A stretch of 49,313 nt of DNA, taken from assembly GCA_046597055.1 (NCBI GenBank), contig JBKJLC010000268.1, forward strand, positions 1 through 49,313, given 5' to 3'. This DNA is from Kofleriaceae bacterium. Its GTDB lineage: Bacteria; Myxococcota_A; Polyangia; Haliangiales; Haliangiaceae. How positions within the stretch are numbered: the stretch's first letter is position 1; the number at the start of each line of letters is the position of its first letter. A model generated the notes under the pieces. The model did no database searches. It saw nothing but the letters and a program-made list of their open reading frames with translations, and had not been told where the DNA came from. Positions 46,393 to 49,313 of this stretch are shown one piece after another. Position numbers and translations under genes: made by a program.

Positions 46393-46859
46393 TGGTGGCG
46401 CAGCCACCTCGTCGGCGACCGGCGCGGCGGCGTGGCTTCACGCTGCTCGAGATGCTGGTCACGCTCGTGATCACCACCGTCGGCCTGACCGGCCTGCTGT
46501 CGCTGCACGTGGTCCTGACCAAGGGCAACGAGCTGTCGGCACGCAGCGGCGAGGCGGTCGCGATCGCCCAGCGCACGCTCGAGGAGTATCGCAACCGCAA
46601 GGCGCTCGCGCTGCTCACCGAGTTCTCGGTGGTCGACCTGCCGATCGACGCCACCCTCGACACCGTGGCGGGCCGGGCCGGCACCACCTTCGCGCGCCGC
46701 CTGATCGTCCAGCAGCTGACCACCGCCTCCAACAGCCTCATCCGGCTCCGGGTCGTGGTGTCGTGGACCGACGACGGCGCCACCGCCGGCGCCCAGGGTG
46801 GGATCCTCGACCACCAGGTCGCGCTCGAGATCAACCGCACCGTCGAGGAGGACCTGTGA
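46392..46859 (+). CDS. pilV: PilV-like minor pilin
   Basis: RRG/FTLLEMLV; short, with VVSW.D. Confidence 0.82.
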   Translation: MVAQPPRRRPARRRGFTLLEMLVTLVITTVGLTGLLSLHVVLTKGNELSARSGEAVAIAQRTLEEYRNRKALALLTEFSVVDLPIDATLDTVAGRAGTTFARRLIVQQLTTASNSLIRLRVVVSWTDDGATAGAQGGILDHQVALEINRTVEEDL

Positions 46860-48079
46860 ACCGCGGGCAGGCCCGGCGCGAGCGCGGGTTCACCCTGGTC
46901 GAGATCATGATCGCGCTGCTCATCAGCGCGATGCTGGTCGGGGTAACGCTCTCGATCTTCTCGCGGATGTCGCTGGCGTTCCGGACCCAGCAGAACGTCG
47001 GCGATCTGCAGCAGGTGCTGTCGGCCGCCCAGGCGCAGCTGTCGCGCGACCTGCGCCAGGCCGGGTTCGGGATCCCCGACGGCTTCTTCTTCAGCGGCGA
47101 CCAGGTGCTGTACGCGCCGCTCCAGATCGAGAACAACGCCGACGGCTTCGGTCCCGACCTCATCAAGATCTATGCCGCCGATCCGTCGGCGCAGGCCCGG
47201 GTGACCGCGCTGACCGCGACGCAGGTGACGGTCGACGACGTCGACTGGTTCGAACCGAACGACGTGGCCGTGATCGTGGGCTACGACGGCGGGCTGCAGA
47301 ACAGCAAGATCTTCACCGCCTGCATCGTGCAGATCGACGCGGTCTACCCCGGCAGCCCGGGGACGATCGACCTCAACCAGGCCGGCGTCTACGGCACCGC
47401 CGCCCACGCCCACTGCGACGGCATCCGCCCCAACATCGGGGTCGGCTCGTACACCACGATGATCTACCGGTTCCGCGCCCGCGCCTACCGGATCGACCCG
47501 ACCCGCCGCAACCTCGCGGTGCTCCAGGTCTCGACCAGCGGCGGGATTCGCCCGGACGACTGGCAGGATCTCGGCGTCGGCTTCACCGACCTGCAGGTCG
47601 CGTCGCGCTGGTACGAGGAGGGCAACGACCTGGCCGCCGACGACGGCGACCCCGACCCCGCGCGCGAGTGGTACTCGGGCGAGCAGCAGGAGCTCCTGTC
47701 GCTCCCGCTGCAGGCGAGCGGCGCCCCGTACCTGCTGCCGCAGAGCTACGTCGACCCGCTGGGTCGTCAGATCCGCTACCAGCCGGCGCCGATCTCGCCG
47801 GCGATCGTGCCGCCCGAGATCGAGCGGCACCCGGTGCCGACCGAGGTCCGGGTCTCGCTGGTGCTTCGCAGCCACAACCGGATCGACTCGGTGCCGAGCG
47901 CGCGGACACCCGCGCTGATCGACCCGGCCCGACCCAACCACAACCAGCTCGGGGATCGCGCCTCGATCCAGCTCGAGGGCGTCGCCGATCCATCGCGCCC
48001 CGACGAGCTGCAGGGCGATCACGTCTACCGCTACGCGACGGTCGGCTCGGATCTGCGCAACCTCGGGGTCGGACAGTGA
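46856..48079 (+). CDS. pilW: PilW-like minor pilin
   Basis: RG/FTLVEIMIAL; LSRDLRQAGFG; C-terminal LRNL. Confidence 0.85.
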   Translation: MNRGQARRERGFTLVEIMIALLISAMLVGVTLSIFSRMSLAFRTQQNVGDLQQVLSAAQAQLSRDLRQAGFGIPDGFFFSGDQVLYAPLQIENNADGFGPDLIKIYAADPSAQARVTALTATQVTVDDVDWFEPNDVAVIVGYDGGLQNSKIFTACIVQIDAVYPGSPGTIDLNQAGVYGTAAHAHCDGIRPNIGVGSYTTMIYRFRARAYRIDPTRRNLAVLQVSTSGGIRPDDWQDLGVGFTDLQVASRWYEEGNDLAADDGDPDPAREWYSGEQQELLSLPLQASGAPYLLPQSYVDPLGRQIRYQPAPISPAIVPPEIERHPVPTEVRVSLVLRSHNRIDSVPSARTPALIDPARPNHNQLGDRASIQLEGVADPSRPDELQGDHVYRYATVGSDLRNLGVGQ

Positions 48080-48663
48080 GGCGGCCGGCCCGCCCGCGCG
48101 GCTTCACGCTGGTCGAGCTGATGGTCGTGGTCGCCCTGGTGGGTGTGCTCGCCACGCTGGGGATCGCGCTCCTGCGCGACCAGCCGCGCGCACTCGACAT
48201 CGCGTCGCAGCTGTCGGCCAAGATCGGGGAGAGCTCGCGCAAGGCGGTCGCCGCCGGCGCGGTCCGCGGCGACGTGCTCGAGGCCCTGGGGGCCCGGATC
48301 CCGGCCAACCATGCGCGCACCCGGGTGGTGATCGACGTCGGCGTGACCGGTGGCACGCTGTCGCTCGAGCGGCTCGAGGAGTCGCCGCTGCCGGCGAGCA
48401 CCGCGAGCTGGGTCCAGCTGTCGTCCTCGACGGTCCATCACGCGGTGTCGATCCGCGGCTACCGGGCCGGCGCCAGCCTCACCGAGGGTGCGCTGGCGCC
48501 GCCGACCCCCCTGGCGGCGGGGTCGAGCCTGCAGGTCCGGTGCTACCCGGACGGCAGCTGCGACGGCCTGGTGATCTACCTGGCGAGCGACCGGGGCACC
48601 CGCAAGGCGCGGGTCGTGGTGATGCCCCTGGGCGGCTCGCCGCTCACGTTCGACGGCTGGTGA
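48076..48663 (+). CDS. fimU: FimU/FimT-like minor pilin
   Basis: RG/FTLVELMVVV; SRKAV; C-terminal YPDG. Confidence 0.8.
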   Translation: MRRPARPRGFTLVELMVVVALVGVLATLGIALLRDQPRALDIASQLSAKIGESSRKAVAAGAVRGDVLEALGARIPANHARTRVVIDVGVTGGTLSLERLEESPLPASTASWVQLSSSTVHHAVSIRGYRAGASLTEGALAPPTPLAAGSSLQVRCYPDGSCDGLVIYLASDRGTRKARVVVMPLGGSPLTFDGW

Positions 48664-48699
48664 ATTGCTAGCCGGCGGGTTTCGGCTGATTCTTCGCAC

Positions 48700-49313
48700 A
48701 TGTCCGTGAAGACGTCGCGCGTGTCCAGCCGATCGCTCCTGCGCCGCACCGGGCTCGTCCTGCTGGCGTTCCTGGGGGCGGTCTCGATCGTGGTGGCGGG
48801 TTGCGGGCCCAAGATGCCGCTCTACGACTACGCGCAGGAGCCCGACCCCCGCAACCAGGAGTGGATCCTGGGCGTCGGCGACGAGATCACGATCAGCGTG
48901 TGGGAGAACCCGCAGCTGTCGACCGAGGGCACGATCCGCCCCGACGGCAACGTGACCATGGCGCTGATCGGCGACCTGCGCGCGGTCGGCGAGACCCCGA
49001 CCACGCTCAAGGCCAAGATCGCGATGCGCCTGAAGGACTTCGTGAAGATCCAGGGCTCCGAGATCACGATCGCGCTGCGCGGCGCCAACAGCTACCGGTT
49101 CACCGTCGCCGGCGAGGTGTCCCGCCCCGGCATGATGACGCTCGGCTACTTCGTCACCGTCAGCGAGGCGATCGCCCTCGCCGGCGGCTTCACCCGGTTC
49201 GCCAAGCGCAACCAGATGGTCCTGCAGCGCCGCGATCCGAAGTCCGGCACCGTCCGCTCGATCCCGCTCGCCTTCGACTTCCTCATGACAAAGCCCGAGA
49301 TGAACATCGTCCT
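48700..49313 (+). CDS. Polysaccharide export OPX (Wza-like) lipoprotein, runs off the window; absent from the ORF track
   Basis: Translated by hand from ATG 48700: VVAG-C lipobox, ILGVGDEITISVWEN, IRPDGNVTMALIG, VAGEVSRPG, AIALAGGFTRFA. Confidence 0.9.
   Translation, partial: MSVKTSRVSSRSLLRRTGLVLLAFLGAVSIVVAGCGPKMPLYDYAQEPDPRNQEWILGVGDEITISVWENPQLSTEGTIRPDGNVTMALIGDLRAVGETPTTLKAKIAMRLKDFVKIQGSEITIALRGANSYRFTVAGEVSRPGMMTLGYFVTVSEAIALAGGFTRFAKRNQMVLQRRDPKSGTVRSIPLAFDFLMTKPEMNIV

Overview
High-GC chromosomal window, probably from a myxobacterium (inferred from FHA-sigma54 activator, Ser/Thr kinase, pilX-pilY1-pilV-pilW-fimU order, CglD-like lipoprotein, Hsp70 paralogues). It holds about 40 CDSs, two tRNAs (CAT, Gln-TTG), two candidate toxin-antitoxin pairs and a probable IS66 end at the left edge. 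The best candidate for an undescribed system is at 1-6728. A membrane Ser/Thr kinase with a low-GC WD40 C-terminus is followed by a small gene (MQKKL...) that the IS appears to have cut. The kinase has a GG-N10-GC sigma54 promoter with six GTGTTCCG-type sites upstream. Divergently lie an orphan LanC cyclase and an FHA-sigma54 activator. I infer a lanthipeptide-like signal / kinase-receptor loop with a swappable sensor-plus-peptide cassette; this is a hypothesis, not a demonstrated function. Other points: at least 8 leaderless-type TANNNT-N6/7-start arrangements, an apparently exported TldD/TldE pair next to an orphan radical-SAM activase, two truncated Hsp70s, a split ACAD10/11-like module and a PilY1 with FG-GAP repeats. 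All calls come from motif reading by eye; no searches were run.
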